Origin: Octopus bimaculoides
Lineage: Eukaryota
Assembly (NCBI RefSeq): GCF_001194135.2
Contig: NC_068993.1
Location: 64,740,701 to 64,804,698, forward strand
DNA: 63,998 nucleotides
Direction: 5' to 3'
Below are positions 43,436 through 58,605 of the stretch, one piece after another (the stretch's first letter is position 1; each line of letters starts with the position of its first letter). A program made the translations under genes and the position numbers. Under the pieces are notes generated by a model. The model saw only the letters and a list, made by a program, of their open reading frames with translations, ran no database searches and had not been told where the DNA came from.

Positions 43436-46400
43436 CAAAAGAGTGTAATTAGATAAATAAGAAAAATAGTACTTGATACAATATACACTAAAGTATAGAC
43501 GTTGAGATAATTCTCGTATAGCTTGTAAAATCAACGTTTTAGTCTAAATANNNNNNNNNNNNNNNNNNNNNNNNNNNNNNNNNNNNNNNNNNNNNNNNNN
43601 NNNNNNNNNNNNNNNNNNNNNNNNNNNNNNNNNNNNNNNNNNNNNNNNNNNNNNNNNNNNNNNNNNNNNNNNNNNNNNNNNNNNNNNNNNNNNNNNNNNN
43701 NNNNNNNNNNNNNNNNNNNNNNNNNNNNNNNNNNNNNNNNNNNNNNNNNNNNNNNNNNNNNNNNNNNNNNNNNNNNNNNNNNNNNNNNNNNNNNNNNNNN
43801 NNNNNNNNNNNNNNNNNNNNNNNNNNNNNNNNNNNNNNNNNNNNNNNNNNNNNNNNNNNNNNNNNNNNNNNNNNNNNNNNNNNNNNNNNNNNNNNNNNNN
43901 NNNNNNNNNNNNNNNNNNNNNNNNNNNNNNNNNNNNNNNNNNNNNNNNNNNNNNNNNNNNNNNNNNNNNNNNNNNNNNNNNNNNNNNNNNNNNNNNNNNN
44001 NNNNNNNNNNNNNNNNNNNNNNNNNNNNNNNNNNNNNNNNNNNNNTATATATATATATATATATATATATGGAGAAGATTAGAGGGGCGGGAGAGGAAAG
44101 AAAGAGAACTTCAGTTATATCTGTACGTAGTTAGAATTTTCGTTTTTATCTCATTTAGCCCCACCATCCACCAAGTCGCCATCTACACCTCACGTACCAC
44201 AACCAATGATAAATACTATAAAATTTTAAAACTACAAAACCATAAATTGTGTGATATTATAGAAAATCGAAAAGCTATGAAAATTTGAATGTCTGAACAT
44301 TCGAATATACGAAAGTCTGAGTGTATAGCATTCAAGAACGTACAACGTGAAAAAAATTGAATTCTATTGCTTTCAAATTTAAAACATGCTGATAGCAAAC
44401 AATCTGTCCATCCCAGTGGCTAGATGGTAATAGTAATTGAGATATGAGGATCGGCTGAAAATTTCATAGGCTGACCAAGATACTCTCATGGTATGTGATA
44501 ATCAAATAAGGTTTATTTTTCAACATGCTGCCTGCCTTGTATTCCCCATCTCTTCTTACTCTTCCTCTACCTTTCCATTCCTCCCTAAGTTACCTGTAAC
44601 TTCTTTTTCCCTGCCTTTTACTCTTATCATCCTCTTCTCCTATTCAACCTTTAAATCTCTCAAACCACTATGTGAAGTGCTGTCGTCAACCTTCCCCTCC
44701 AGACGAACCCGGTATTATGATAACGTTTCTATACATCTATCTACGGCATATCCATGAATTTTTGCGCATTCCATCTGTTGTTTATGAACATTACAAACAT
44801 TTCGTAATTCCGTGCTCCCAGAAATAGCTATCAAGTTAAGGAAAACTATGCATTCTCCCTTAGTCTTCTGTATTTTTTTATACTCCAAGCAATAGTAAAT
44901 TTATTTGTCAATGTATATATATATATATGTGCTTGTACATATGTTTTCATCTTCTGAATATATTTAGTCATTTTTATCTATACAGGGGTCGACTGAAAAG
45001 CTCATAGGCTGACCAAGACACTCACATGGAATGTAACGAAATGTGGTTTATTTTTCAACATACCCATCCCCCCGTAGAAGATATGACCTCATCATCACTG
45101 TGATACTGGTTCCCAGCCAAGTGCGTTTTCATGCTGAGTGACAGATGATAGTCAAATAGGGCCAAATCAAGAAAATAGGGTGGGTGATCAACCAGTTCAA
45201 AGCGACGGTAATACACAGCAGCCATTGAAATCAAGGACTTGTGTGCTGGAGCGAGTCCTGATGAAACAAGACCCCCTTTTGTCAGTTTTCCTAGACGTTT
45301 CATATTGATGGCTTTGCGTAATTGCCACAGTAAGTTCGCAAAGTACTCTCCATTGATAGTATGAGCCTTTTGAAGATAGTCAATAAACACAATGCCTTTT
45401 GCATCCCAAAATATTGAGGCCATTACCTTCTCTGCAGAGACGACTTTGGCCTTCTTTGAACAGTTGAGGAGAACTGTTTCCACTGCATACCTCTCGGTAT
45501 TAACACTGCCTCAGTTGCCAATATATATTTTTTTTCACAAGACCACTGGCTGATCGCCACTCCAACACCTGTTCTGGCACTGTCTCTCTTATATATCGCT
45601 GGCAGTGAAGTGAGTCGCTGCTGTCTCTAGCGGTCGAGCGTCCGTCATTGACGAGACCAAGGACGGTCGAAATCAGGTGATTTAGTAAATCTGAGTGCGT
45701 GGGCTGATAGGGATTTATATCTCCTGCTAGCGATATAAACAAGAGTGCGTTTTGCACTAAAAGCTAATACGAAAGGTTCTCTCGTGACATCTACCGAAGT
45801 ATAGTTTGTTCTACCAGAACGTCCACGTTTAAATGGGGATATCATATCTCTTTGTTGAACCAACACTCATCCTGAGTAAGAAAACGTTCAAGGCAACCAG
45901 TTGGATCTGCCTGAAACAATGTCAGGTTTTTCTATGACATGATCGGCCTGGTGTGCTTTTGAACAGGTGTCAGAAGACGTGGCACTCACCGAGCAGGAAC
46001 CCTTGTCATGCCAAGTACATTGTGCAAACCTTCTCAACCCTCTCGCGATGTATGCTAATAGCATTGCCTATTTGATTTATAGTCAATTGCCTGCCATCCA
46101 TCAGCACGTGGTGAACACGATCACTGTTTTCCTCGGTGGTGGCAGTTAAGGACGTCCAGACCTTGGGTCATGTTCAAGACTCTCCGTTTCCCTCCTACAT
46201 TCAGCTGCCCACTTTTGCGCTGTTGATAAAGTTGGAGCCTCATCCCCTAACATGGCAATCACGTCAGCATGGATGTCCTTGCAGGTACTTGATAACACCA
46301 CGACGCCAAATTTTGTTCATTTTCAAGAGAAATCGCTATTAATTACTTTTGAAGTTTTCTTTGAACAGTCAGATGTCAGTTTACCTGCAACGAAACGATG

Positions 46401-46683
46401 CAGTTATTAATAAAAAAGAGTTGAAATAAATGCATACAAGATTTCACAGCTCAAGCACCATTCCTTCTTCATAGTCAGACGATGAACTTTTCAGTTCACC
46501 CTTACGACCTGATGTTATATTAGAATGATACGGTGATAGTATTTTTGGGCAGGCAGAAATCAAACTGTTGCTTCTCTTTCTTTCTTGTTATCATCAAAAT
46601 AAAACCTTCACAGTCGCTAGAAAGGTTAAATCAGAGTGGATCTCTTATAACCAAAGAATACTTCAACCCTCAACAACCTATTA

Positions 46684-46729
<46 letters not shown>

Positions 46730-46969
46730 TGTAGAAATTTATAGAGAATTGGTGGCGGGGAAGTGCAGTGACGTTCTCAGGGAGTCGATGGGCGCCGACG
46801 AGAACGAACTGGTTAGTCTGTTCCGGAGGACTTTCTGGTCGGGAATTATCATGGATAATTTCCAGATGCCCTTGGCCTGACAAAGATTATAGTAGAAGGC
46901 ACATGCCCAAAGTGTCACGCAATGCGAACGAACCCGGAGCAAGCTTCTTACCACATAGTCACGCCTACG

Positions 46970-47013
<44 letters not shown>

Positions 47014-47187
47014 TGCGTATTTATTTATATATATACACGCACTCGCGCACACACACACACACATCTGTGTTATGCATTTGCGTACGCTTTTTTTTTTTAC
47101 CTGCGAGCAATAATTAAAATGCCAGATATTGTCATAAACGCATGTAAATGTATGCATCAACTGGTTAGGTTATAAAATTTGGTATGT

Positions 47188-47240
<53 letters not shown>

Positions 47241-48320
47241 TTAAGCATGAATACATGCAATGAAATTAATGTATATGCAACTGTGCAGTTAGCATCATTG
47301 CTAATGGACACCGAAAAGGAAACAAAATTCATCTTTTTCTATACATATCCAGTGTGTTCCAGCATAACCTTAAATAGCCTTAAATGTGCTGAATAAAAGA
47401 AAGCGATGAACACGTACGTGCACACACATCCCAAAACATAGACACACATTTAAATGTCCCTCCCACAAACATACGAACATGCGTACAAACATGCACACAA
47501 ACGAGAGATCCTTTATTGATATCCAGCCCTGTTAGAAATAAGTATCAAATTTTCAACAGCTCAAACCGTAGCATACTCTACGTGGGCAGTAAGGGCATCA
47601 GATGATAAGATCCTAGATATTCCTAAAAGGGTGGGAGCATCATGATTAGTAGACCTTGGATTAAAGTCTCTTTAACAGCATTTATCTAACGTGAGACAGT
47701 TGCGAAATACCATTATACTGCCCTCAAGTAGTATAATGATATTTTGAGAATCCTCGACTGTGATCGTATGTCCGACATAGAGAGGGCAGTGTAATAAGCA
47801 GTTTTATTCTCAGCCACATGGTTCTGGGTTCATTCCCAACGAGTAGCATCTTGGACAAGTTTCATCTATCATAGCCTAGGGGCGGCCAAAGCTTGTGAGT
47901 GGATTTGGTAGACAGAAACTGTTTGTCGCTCACCACCGCTTGACAACCGGTGTTGGTGTGTTTACAACCCCATAACTTAGCGGTTTCGCAAAAAAACTGA
48001 TAGAGTAAGTATCAGGCTTAAAAAAAATAAGCACTGGAGTTGATTCCTTCGACTAATAATCTTTACGGTGGAAACAAGTAAAAAATAAAAGATTTCCCCA
48101 TTTCATCTGATGCATTGAATCCCTGTCATTTTTTTTTACAGAAATCTTAGTTGTTGGTGGATTTTGACAGCCGCAAATGAATTCGACATAGTGGAGCTAC
48201 AAGTGCTGGATTTTGAGGTAGAAGACTCACCTGGGTGCGTGTACGATTCTGTTAAAGTTTATGATGGTAAGTGTAGATATTTAACTTAAAAAGGATACGA
48301 TAAATAGAAACATAAGTATA

Positions 48321-48387
<67 letters not shown>

Positions 48388-51300
48388 CCCATGTTACAAA
48401 AGGTTTGCCATCCAAGATTAGAACTGTTGTGGAGCTCCCTGTAATATAAAACGGATTCCCATATCATCCATGTTCATTGACGCACGAGCTCATGCACACA
48501 CACACACACACACACATACACACACACGCATACTCATGCAGACACACTCATCTCCTCCTTTCCTGTATGTATACGGGTGCAGGCTTGACTGAGTTTGAAG
48601 AAGGTCGCTTTATAGCCATGTTGTTTAGTGTTCAGTCCCTTTGCACGGTATGTTGTGCAAATGGCTTCTACTATAGCACCGAGCCGTCCAATGTCTTATG
48701 AGTTGATTTGGCATGCGGGAACAGTGGAAGCCCGTCGTATATATATATATAATCTTTTATTTGTTTCAATCGTTTGACTGCGGGCGTGCTGGAGAACCGC
48801 CTTGAGGTTTTAGTTGAACAAATCTAGCCCGGAGTTCAGGGAGTCTCTCTAGGCCATGCTGCTATTTCTTCGCAGCCAGAGATCACTTCGGGCATGTGAT
48901 TATAGTAGCGCGGGAAATAATCGCAAGCCAGATTCTTCAAGTCGAGCCAACCAACATAAAACCTAGTGGCAAACCAAGAATGAAATGATTGGATAATATC
49001 CATAATTTTTGTTGGTCAGCTTTGGGAATCCAGCAGGAAGTTTTAATTATGATTATTTCCTATAGAGGAGGTGCCTCAGTACTCTATCCCTACGATCCAC
49101 CCAGGAATCGTGGAGAGTGGGATTAAATTGACTGTAATTACAACATTAATGGGGAAAGCAGTGATGAATGTTAAAGAAAACTTATTCGCGCAAAAGATGT
49201 AGTGAACTTAGCTTCGAACTTCTAAAATAAGTGTGAAGTCAGTCTGAAGGTGGAGAGAGAGGCTGGTTCTTGGTGCTGAGGTGTGTGTGCGTGCGGGCGC
49301 GTTTATTTATATTGAATGTAATTATATCAACCAATGTAAACTTTCAAGTTTTTTTCTCACGTGACTTTTTTTGTCTCACTCAACAGGTGGAAATGTGAAC
49401 TCGCCAAGTCTCGACAGATGGTGTGGTGTGAAGCATCCTTCATTTATTAGTACCGGTCAAAAACTCATGGTTCAATTCGAGACAGATGATTCTTATGATT
49501 ACAAAGGATTTAAAATGCGCTACATAGCGAGAGATGTGTGTAAGTAGAACACTTGCATATTTGTGTGTGTGTGTGTGTGTGTGCGCGCCTCGATGTGTGT
49601 ACCACCGTGTGTGCACGTGTGTGTGCGTGTGTGTGTGAGTATTCCAGATACTCAGTATTTTCCAATTAACTGAAAATTTCTCTCTTGCGTTCCATATTGA
49701 CGCCGGTTACCAAGAAGCAATATTGTATAGTGGAGAATACTTTGTTGGAAACATTATTATTATTATCATTATTATTACTACTACTACTACTACTACAACT
49801 AGTAGTAGTAGTATATTTTGCTATTGTTTTGTGAAAAAAATTGTTAATGTTGGTCATAGCGTTGACGGTGACGACTGTGGATTTGCTACGTAATCTCGTT
49901 GATATCTTTGTTAATGACGATAAGTAATTTTACGTGGTTGCTTAATACCCACATCACCCTGATCGTGCAGATCTATACCAAAAGCCCGCCAATCATTACT
50001 GTATCGACCAATGCGTCCTTTTATTTGGATTCTGCTTTAATTGTTAAGATGTTGTGGTGTGCTGTTTCGAATCATGTGTTATTACACACGGTCTATAATA
50101 TTCTTCTCCTGCATCAGCAGCGACAAAAATTGGTTTAGCTTTACTCAACAGCGCTTTCTCTTCTGATATGGGAAGAAATCCTCGTAGGTATTCGAAACAT
50201 AATATGGAGACGATTGTGTTTGGTATTACCTTGTCCTGAATCAACATTAAAAATTTATTAATATAACCGATTTGCTTTTTGATTCTTCTGCCCAAGGAAA
50301 TGTTATTTATTTATAAATATCTATTTAATGGGCGTCGACAGTCGAGTGACCTGTCAAGTGGCTCATGCCATAGTAACAAATATTGTTTCTCGAAACGATC
50401 ACGTGGTTATACGCAATTGACAATAAATGCACTCCATAAAAAAAATATACCAATAAACGATAGCTTAAAATTGAGATATTAATTTATGGCAACATGAATA
50501 ATAAATATTTTTTTAAATGTTATTTTCTCTGCTTTCGTTTTTTTTTCTTGCCGTTTATATTGAAATTTATTCCAATATTTAATGTTTTCGTTGTATTTTG
50601 TTTCATAATATTAAATTATTGTCTTTATATAAACATATTTGTTTATCAATTTTTTTAACGTTTCATTTACTTGTACGTTGATTTGTTTAGAAAAGAATAT
50701 TTTTTAAAAAGCTGTTCATGAAAATATTTTTAACATTGCACTTTTTATGATATGTCTTATTTGAACCAGCGTCCTTAAACGTCTCTTATATTTACTTTTC
50801 ACAAAATCAAGACCATTAATTCAGAAACTATAACATATCAAGTTTAAATCAAATAAAGTTCATCAAATAATGCTGTATGGTGATATTTGTTTGCTTGTCA
50901 TGGTTAGTTATTGGGTTTATTCTAATGAGAAACAAAGATGTAATAACAAGTTCAACAGTTATGTTATTTCCCCATGTTTCAATGAGGCTTTTTGTGGTAG
51001 TCTTCATTCACTATTTTCTTTCCAACAATAATTTTTCAATAGATACTTCTTATTTCCATTCCTTTTATTGTGTTTTGAATCATACTAATTCTGGATTTGG
51101 AAATAGATGGGGGACTCCATATACAGTAACTTAACAATAAAGCTACCTCTCATAAGAATGAGCTGTGGTCCTGTTCAAAATTGCTCTATTCAGCGATTGA
51201 TTGGAGATTTTGTTGATGAATGTGTCAATGATTCTGATTACTGCAGGAGTGGTTGGAGTTCCTATGGATATAAACAGACTTTTCGTCAAGTTTTCTGTAA

Positions 51301-54180
51301 GAATATATGTCTGTCTTGAGGTTTGGAGTTACATTCAAGAAATTGACCTTCATTACACTAATCATAACTGTTCTAATCAGTAAAAATTCTTTGAAGATGT
51401 TTGTTATCATTGAAGGTGTGATCGTTGGTATTGCTTGATATTGCTAAACCAGCGTTCCTGAACAGAACTACACGGTTGTTGGGGTTATGTTTATTAAGGT
51501 TAAAAAGGTTGGGTCGGTGACTTTAAATTCTCATTACACCGCTGATTTGTATCAACTTTTCTTCATAGGTCGCGGTCTCTTTGTTTTGAATCAGAAATAC
51601 TCAAACTGGAATATACACATATATTCTTTTTACAGCATTCCTCTGCGGCCCTGGAAAATACTTGAAAGCGGAACTAGAAGAAAGAAAATACCTAGTTTCA
51701 CCAAATTTAATATCTCCCCTTTACAGGTAAAGTATGCATCACTTATATTTTGTGTTTCTTCATACATTACATTTAAGTTTTTGTTTCTGTTTCTTTTATC
51801 ACAATTTTCTGGATTTGTTCCTGCGAAATCTGTTAGTGTTTTTACCCTTGAAATGTTTGAGTGTATATTCTTCTATACCAATGACCCTCAACTCCTTCTG
51901 ACAAATATTCCGCCATGTTTCTTCTTTCACTTTTGATGCATTCCCGTACGCTAATCAGCCCACGTCTGCCTTTATACCTCTTCATGTACAGCCTGTGTAC
52001 GTTCGCCTTAGGGCGGAGAGCACCATGTATTGTATTTGTCTTTCGGGCAGTGCGATCGAGTTAGTTAATCTCCGTTCGTGTCCATTTCAGAGTGGTGGGG
52101 TACTATAACGGACTACAGTAACAGCCCATATGTTGATGGCAGTTACAAGGTTCCTTGAGCTGAGCTTAGATTTCAAGAGAAGTTTGAGGGCTTCAAACAT
52201 GCAGTGATGACCTTGTCTTTCATTTCTCCGTGCAAGATATTGTCCAACTCCAGAATCCCACGGTACTTGTACCCATCATCATCCGGGTCTTCCACTCACT
52301 CCCATTTGGCAATTCTATGCGCCTACAATCTGCTCTTTTCCCCCGTTTCAAAGTGAGCACCGCACACTTCGAGATACCGAATTCCATCCCTATATCCTTG
52401 TTGTACATCTGCACAGTCTCAGCCAGCCTCTCTATTTCAGCTTCTAATTTTTGCGAACAGTTTTAAATCATCCATGAAGAGAAGGTGATTGAGATGAGGT
52501 CCATTCTTTTTCAGCTCATAGTGCACAGTGACTTTGGGTGGAACTATAGAAAGTGGGATCAAGGCTATAACAAATAACAAAGGTGAACCAGAGTCTTCCT
52601 GGCAGATACCTCTTTTAAATGTTACCTCGGCCAAGTGCTGGTTGTTACAGAAAAGACGTGTTTTCCAACTAGTCATGCACACACATTCTCAGAAACATGC
52701 CAAGTGTTTCCAAAATCCACGAATGCAGCAACATATCCTAAGTCCTTGTAAACTCTATCCAGACCATGGATTTTTTTGGTACCGTTTGCAGTTCTTCATT
52801 ACAACCTTGTCTATCACAAGGTGGTCCTTGATGCCCTTCGATCCTTTTCGGCATCCCTTTTGTTCTATTGGAAGTAGATTCTCTCCGCAAGGAACGTATA
52901 TATTTTCCCTGCATAGATGTCTGTTAACACTTTCCATAAGAGGTTAAGAAAGCAATGGGTCGGTAATTACCAACCTCATTGCCCTCTGACCGCCGAATAT
53001 TTGCAACCTTCACGAGATTCTGACCATTTAGCTTTGACTTCATTAACTTATCCACCCTTCTGATGTACTCCTTCTCAGTTCTCATTTTCATTTCTATAGT
53101 TAGTACTCTGTCGGATTCTAACACCCCTAAGATACTTATAACTCTCTCCTTCTTTCAGTGATTTTAATATCTGGTAATCGGATGCCTTCACAGATGACTA
53201 CTTGTCCCTTATTCATGACTAATAGTGCACACTTAATTATGCTAAATTCCATGCCTATATCTTTTCTGGGGAGTTTTGCAGTTTGTATTAAGGAATCTAT
53301 TTCGTTTTTTGTTCTCATGGAAAAGGTTCAGATCATCCATTGAGAACAAATGGTTAATTTTACCTTTACAATCTCTGAACAGATACCCTGCCGTTGCATT
53401 CCTTAATACTAAACTAAGGTGGATTAAGCATAAGACAAATATTAAAGGGGATAACGAGTTTCCTCGGAAAATTCTTCTCTTGATATTAACATTCCTTAAG
53501 GATGTGTCACCTGTGTAGAAATATAGTTTCCATTTCTTCATAGTACAGTTAATTCTCGTGTCGTCTGCAATATTGAATATACTCAGTCACTTATCAATGA
53601 GTGTGGAATCATGTCAGAGGTTCCAGGTGCTACAGACACCTGATGACTTATCAAAAAACCTGAATCACTTCAGGTTTGAATATTATGATCAAATAGGAGT
53701 GGTTGCAGAAGGAAGAAAGCCAAAGTGTTACATATGTGCAAAAATATATCACTCGGAGGCTTTCTGCTTCGTGGGAGAGACAAGAGCACAGGCCAAAAGG
53801 CAACTGGCGTTCTCGCCAGCCATTACTAGGAAGATTTTCCTCTCCATCTGTTACAATGTGTGTTTCTAAATAGAATACGTCCGTAAGAGATGTTATTTCT
53901 GGACGGATACCGCAGTAAATTTGCTTTCCAACGATGCATTTGCATTAAGTATGATGTATAGAAGGATGTGTGTGTGTGTGTGAGTGTATCCTTTTCATGT
54001 TTCTACGCATAGACACACTAATGTCTTTCTCAAAATACTCTAGTAAGCAAGATTTTGAAAGAACCATAGTATCAAATTTGTTAATAGAAATTAATGGGAT
54101 GTTAACAACTGTCACTGACAAATATATCTCGTAATGTATATATTTATATACATACATACATATGTTTTTGTGTGGATGTT

Positions 54181-54226
<46 letters not shown>

Positions 54227-54764
54227 CGTGTGTATGTTTATGTTTATATGTGTGTGTGCGTTTGTGTGTATACATATGCACTTATAATTAGGTATTTAGA
54301 TATTTATTGAAATACAAATTGACATAAAAAAATATAATCGTTCTTCTGCGAAATGTAAAGATTCGAGACTAAGAAGTGGAGAAATGGAAAGTGAAAGCTT
54401 TGTTGAACAACTGTGTAAGTCGGCTGGTGGTGAAAAAGAATGTGTGAATGGATGAAATAAATTTTATGTGCAAGAAATCAACGCAACAAAAGAAATTCTT
54501 CAATCGTCCCCTGGTCTATAATATTACTGAAGGGATGTATAGATTATATTTACTCTTTGCAGCTAAAATGCTGCACGCAAACAACAGCTAAGAGGCCATT
54601 GTTGTATGGCTCTAATAAATGCTTTCAAAACTAAGATATTTTATTCAGAATATTTTGTTGCTGTCTTCTCTTTAGTTATCTAAACATTTCTAATGTTCAT
54701 AAATCTTAATTACACTTGTAACAAGTAAATAACATATCCCCCCTCTTTCTCTCTCTTTATAAAG

Positions 54765-54803
<39 letters not shown>

Positions 54804-56961
54804 TAAGCTTGTGTGTATGTGTGTGTGTCATTAGCTGATGAAAAACAACAGGATGTATGCGTAAAGTGCATGATTTTAACCAGAAAGCTAAAAAAAAAAA
54901 GAAACTTTACATAATCATCACTTTCTTCTCCCCCGCCTGTTTTCCCTCTTTCTTCTTCCTATTAATATTATTATTGCTTTTGCTCTTGTTCTTATACTTA
55001 CATATCTGTTTCTCATTGTTTCCAAAATAAACCAAGGAGAAGAAAATGTTTCTTGCAGACAATAGCTACTTAATGTTAGTTACCACGTAAATGCTAAAGT
55101 AATAAGCTGATTGCCTTCCAGACATTCAACAGAAAACTCCCAACACATCGTATTTGATGAATCGATGCAGTATTACTTTATAGACACGAATTAGCTTATT
55201 TTGTGAATATTTTATTTACGTTCTAATGATCACCGCAACTCACACAAACACACACAAACACACACAAAAAGGCGCTTACGATAACGTGCAGACATATTAC
55301 AAGGCTAAAACACCAACACAAACGCCTCAAAATATACGCACACACACACACACAAACACAGATAGTTAAATAATCATTTAATATCAATAAGTTCTTTTAT
55401 TTTGTAAAATGGTAAACTTAAATGATACTCACATATATATGCAAACATGCACAAATATATATATATGTGTGTGCGTGTATGTGTGTGTATGAATGTATGT
55501 ATGCNNNNNNNNNNNNNNNNNNNNNNNNNNNNNNNNNNNNNNNNNNNNNNNNNNNNNNNNNNNNNNNNNNNNNNNNNNNNNNNNNNNNNNNNNNNNNNNN
55601 NNNNAGTGGATTTGGTAGACGGAAACTGAAAGATGCCCGTCGTATATATGTATACATATATATGTATGTGTGTATGTATGTATGTGTGTGTTTGTCCCCC
55701 GCAACATCGCTTGACAACTGATGCTGGTGTGTTTATGTCCCCGTAACTTAGCGGTTCGGCAAAAGAGATCGATAGAATAAGTACTAGGCTTCTAAAGAAT
55801 AAGTCCTGGGGTCGATTTGTTCGACTAAAAGGCGATGCTCCAGCATGGCCACAGTCAAAAGACTGAAACAAGTAAAAGAGTAAAAGAGTAAACAAACTTT
55901 TCCTTTCATAGTATCTGTATGAATGAATAAATGAGTGAATGAATGAATGAATGAAAGCCTTCATAAGCTGCAAAAATACGTTCACTTCGTTGTGACTTAA
56001 CACCCTCTGCTCTACCATGAAAAGGATAGGTGTAAATGAAAAGGTGTAAAGTTGTTGTCATGTTTAGTAATCTCTACAAATAACATGCAACCGTCAGGGT
56101 GAAAGAACACAGAATAGTTTTATGACAAATAAGGTTGTCTTATCTCAGTCATTTGCTTCAGCATCTACTGTGAAGATGCAATGAGAGTCAGTGTTTGATT
56201 AGTTATTATGCTTTTTTTAAATTTTGGTGATGCGGATTGCAAATCCCGAGTTGACATCTGCTCTTCTCTCCATTCTCGTGAACTCATTTCACCCTTTTTG
56301 GATAGACTAGTGACTGGTGATGAAAAATGGATCTTCTATCGAAATGTTAAAAATCGTAAACAGTGACTTGGTAAAAGGGAAAAAGCTCAACCCCAACCGA
56401 GAAGGAAACTTCATGGGAAAAAGTTTCTTCTCTCTATCTGGTGGGATTGCAAAGGAGTAATTCACTTTGAATTGTTACCACCTAATGCAACAATCAATGC
56501 TAAAATCTTCTATTAGCAATTAGAGCGTTTGAACCAAGCATTGAAGAAAAAAAAACCCGCTAGTGAATCGAAAAGAAGTGGTGTTTCATCAGGACAATGC
56601 GCGACCCCACACTGCAAAGATCGAAGAGCTTGGCTGGGAAAAAATTCCTCATCCACTTTATTCTCCCGACTTTGCTCCTTCAGACTACCATTTGTTTCGT
56701 AGTTTACAGAATCATTTGGGGCCATAACTTTCACAAGCCAGGAGGAGGTCGAAACTGACATTTCAGAGTTCTTTGCTTTGAAACCAAAAGAGTTTTACAT
56801 TGATGGGATTAAAAAGCTTGTAAATAGATGGAAGGAAGTCATAGATAATCAGGGAAAGTACATTGATGATTAAATTTTAATTAAATATAACATTTGATCA
56901 CTTGTTTTCTTGGTTCAAAATTCGGACAGAACTTATGGGATGACCTGATATATGTTTATGT

Positions 56962-57026
<65 letters not shown>

Positions 57027-57314
57027 TAATTATATATATATGTGTGTGTGTGTGTGTATATGCATACATATATATACATACATATAAATATATACAATAT
57101 ATATATACATATATACATACATATATATACATATATATATATATACATACATATATATATATATACATAGATATATATATACATACATATATATATACAT
57201 ACATACATATATATACATACATACATATATNNNNNNNNNNATATATATACATAGATATATATATACATACATATATATATACATACATACATATATATAC
57301 ATACATACATATAT

Positions 57315-57363
<49 letters not shown>

Positions 57364-58458
57364 GTATATACTGCCTTCAGATTGGTTTCTATTGTGACCT
57401 TGAGACCAAAAGAATTCCGAGTATGTGTTAGATTTTTCGAAAGCTTATCAAGTGCGTGGCCATTCGTCCTTCATTTTGCCGAACTTAATACAGAAAAGTA
57501 CAGAGAAAATTACCAAAGCATTTTCCGTTTTAGAAAATTAATATTGAATTGGATGACATCTAATATAGGCTTTAAATATCTCGACATACCACAATTGAAT
57601 CTTAATGAATGAATAGAGATTCTGGTTTACCCCACTAGCACACTGGGAGAATAATTTGATAGAAATGGTTAATATGGAAGTAGAAATGGAGATAGGTAAT
57701 TGTTCATGTCTGAAAGAAAATTGCAAACAGGGTTTATTGAAAGTGGTGGAAATTGCCATATAAACTGAAAATATATGAAGAGATATTTAGTGAAAGTGAA
57801 GTAGAAGCAGTCATTAAATAAAACATTTTCAAACATGAAAACAACACAAGGAATAATAGGGAAATTTTTTTAAAACAATGGTTTTAAATGATTGCACAAA
57901 GCTAGTAATTTTAAAGGAGGGGTTAAGTCATGTACATCGACCTCAGTGTCCAACTGGTATTTATTTAATCAACCTTGGTAGGATGAAAGGCAAAGATGAC
58001 CTCGGTGGAATTTAAAATCAGATCGTAAAGAGACGGAATAAATGCCGCTAAGCATTTTGTCTGAACAACTAATGATTCTGCAAACTCTCTGCATTGAAAA
58101 ATAAGAAATAAAAAAAAGTACAAAAGAAATTTAAAATTATTGATGAAAATATGTCTGGCGACATTAAGGCTAGTAAAAGTCTAGATTTCATTGAATTCTA
58201 TACAAATTTTAACTGGAGTTTATATGAAAAAGAGAGTAATGTTTTTACTGAATAATGTAAAAATTGGACTCGCTTTACAAATACTGAGTGATCTTTCTTT
58301 TGTCTAATAGCTCATGGTAAACCATTTCCTAACTATCATATCTCTCACTCACACCATTCTTTCTCTCTACCTCTCTCTCTCTCTTTCCCTCTTTCTTTCT
58401 CTCTCTATTTCATTGTATATATGTGTGCATATATATATATATGTATATATATGTGCGC

Positions 58459-58527
<69 letters not shown>

Positions 58528-58569
58528 TATATGTATATGTACATATGTATGTGTATATATATATGTGTG

Positions 58570-58605
<36 letters not shown>

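Noticed and set aside
47711-47738. Perfect 9-bp hairpin CATTATACT/AGTATAATG, and similar short hairpins near 22065 and 32933
   Set aside because: Expected by chance in 64 kb of AT-rich DNA; no supporting context.
49860-49923. Phase 1-to-2 open segment ([22 protein letters not shown]) that could bridge exon 7 and the CUB3 exon
   Set aside because: Weak splice sites, no Cys and no CUB motif.
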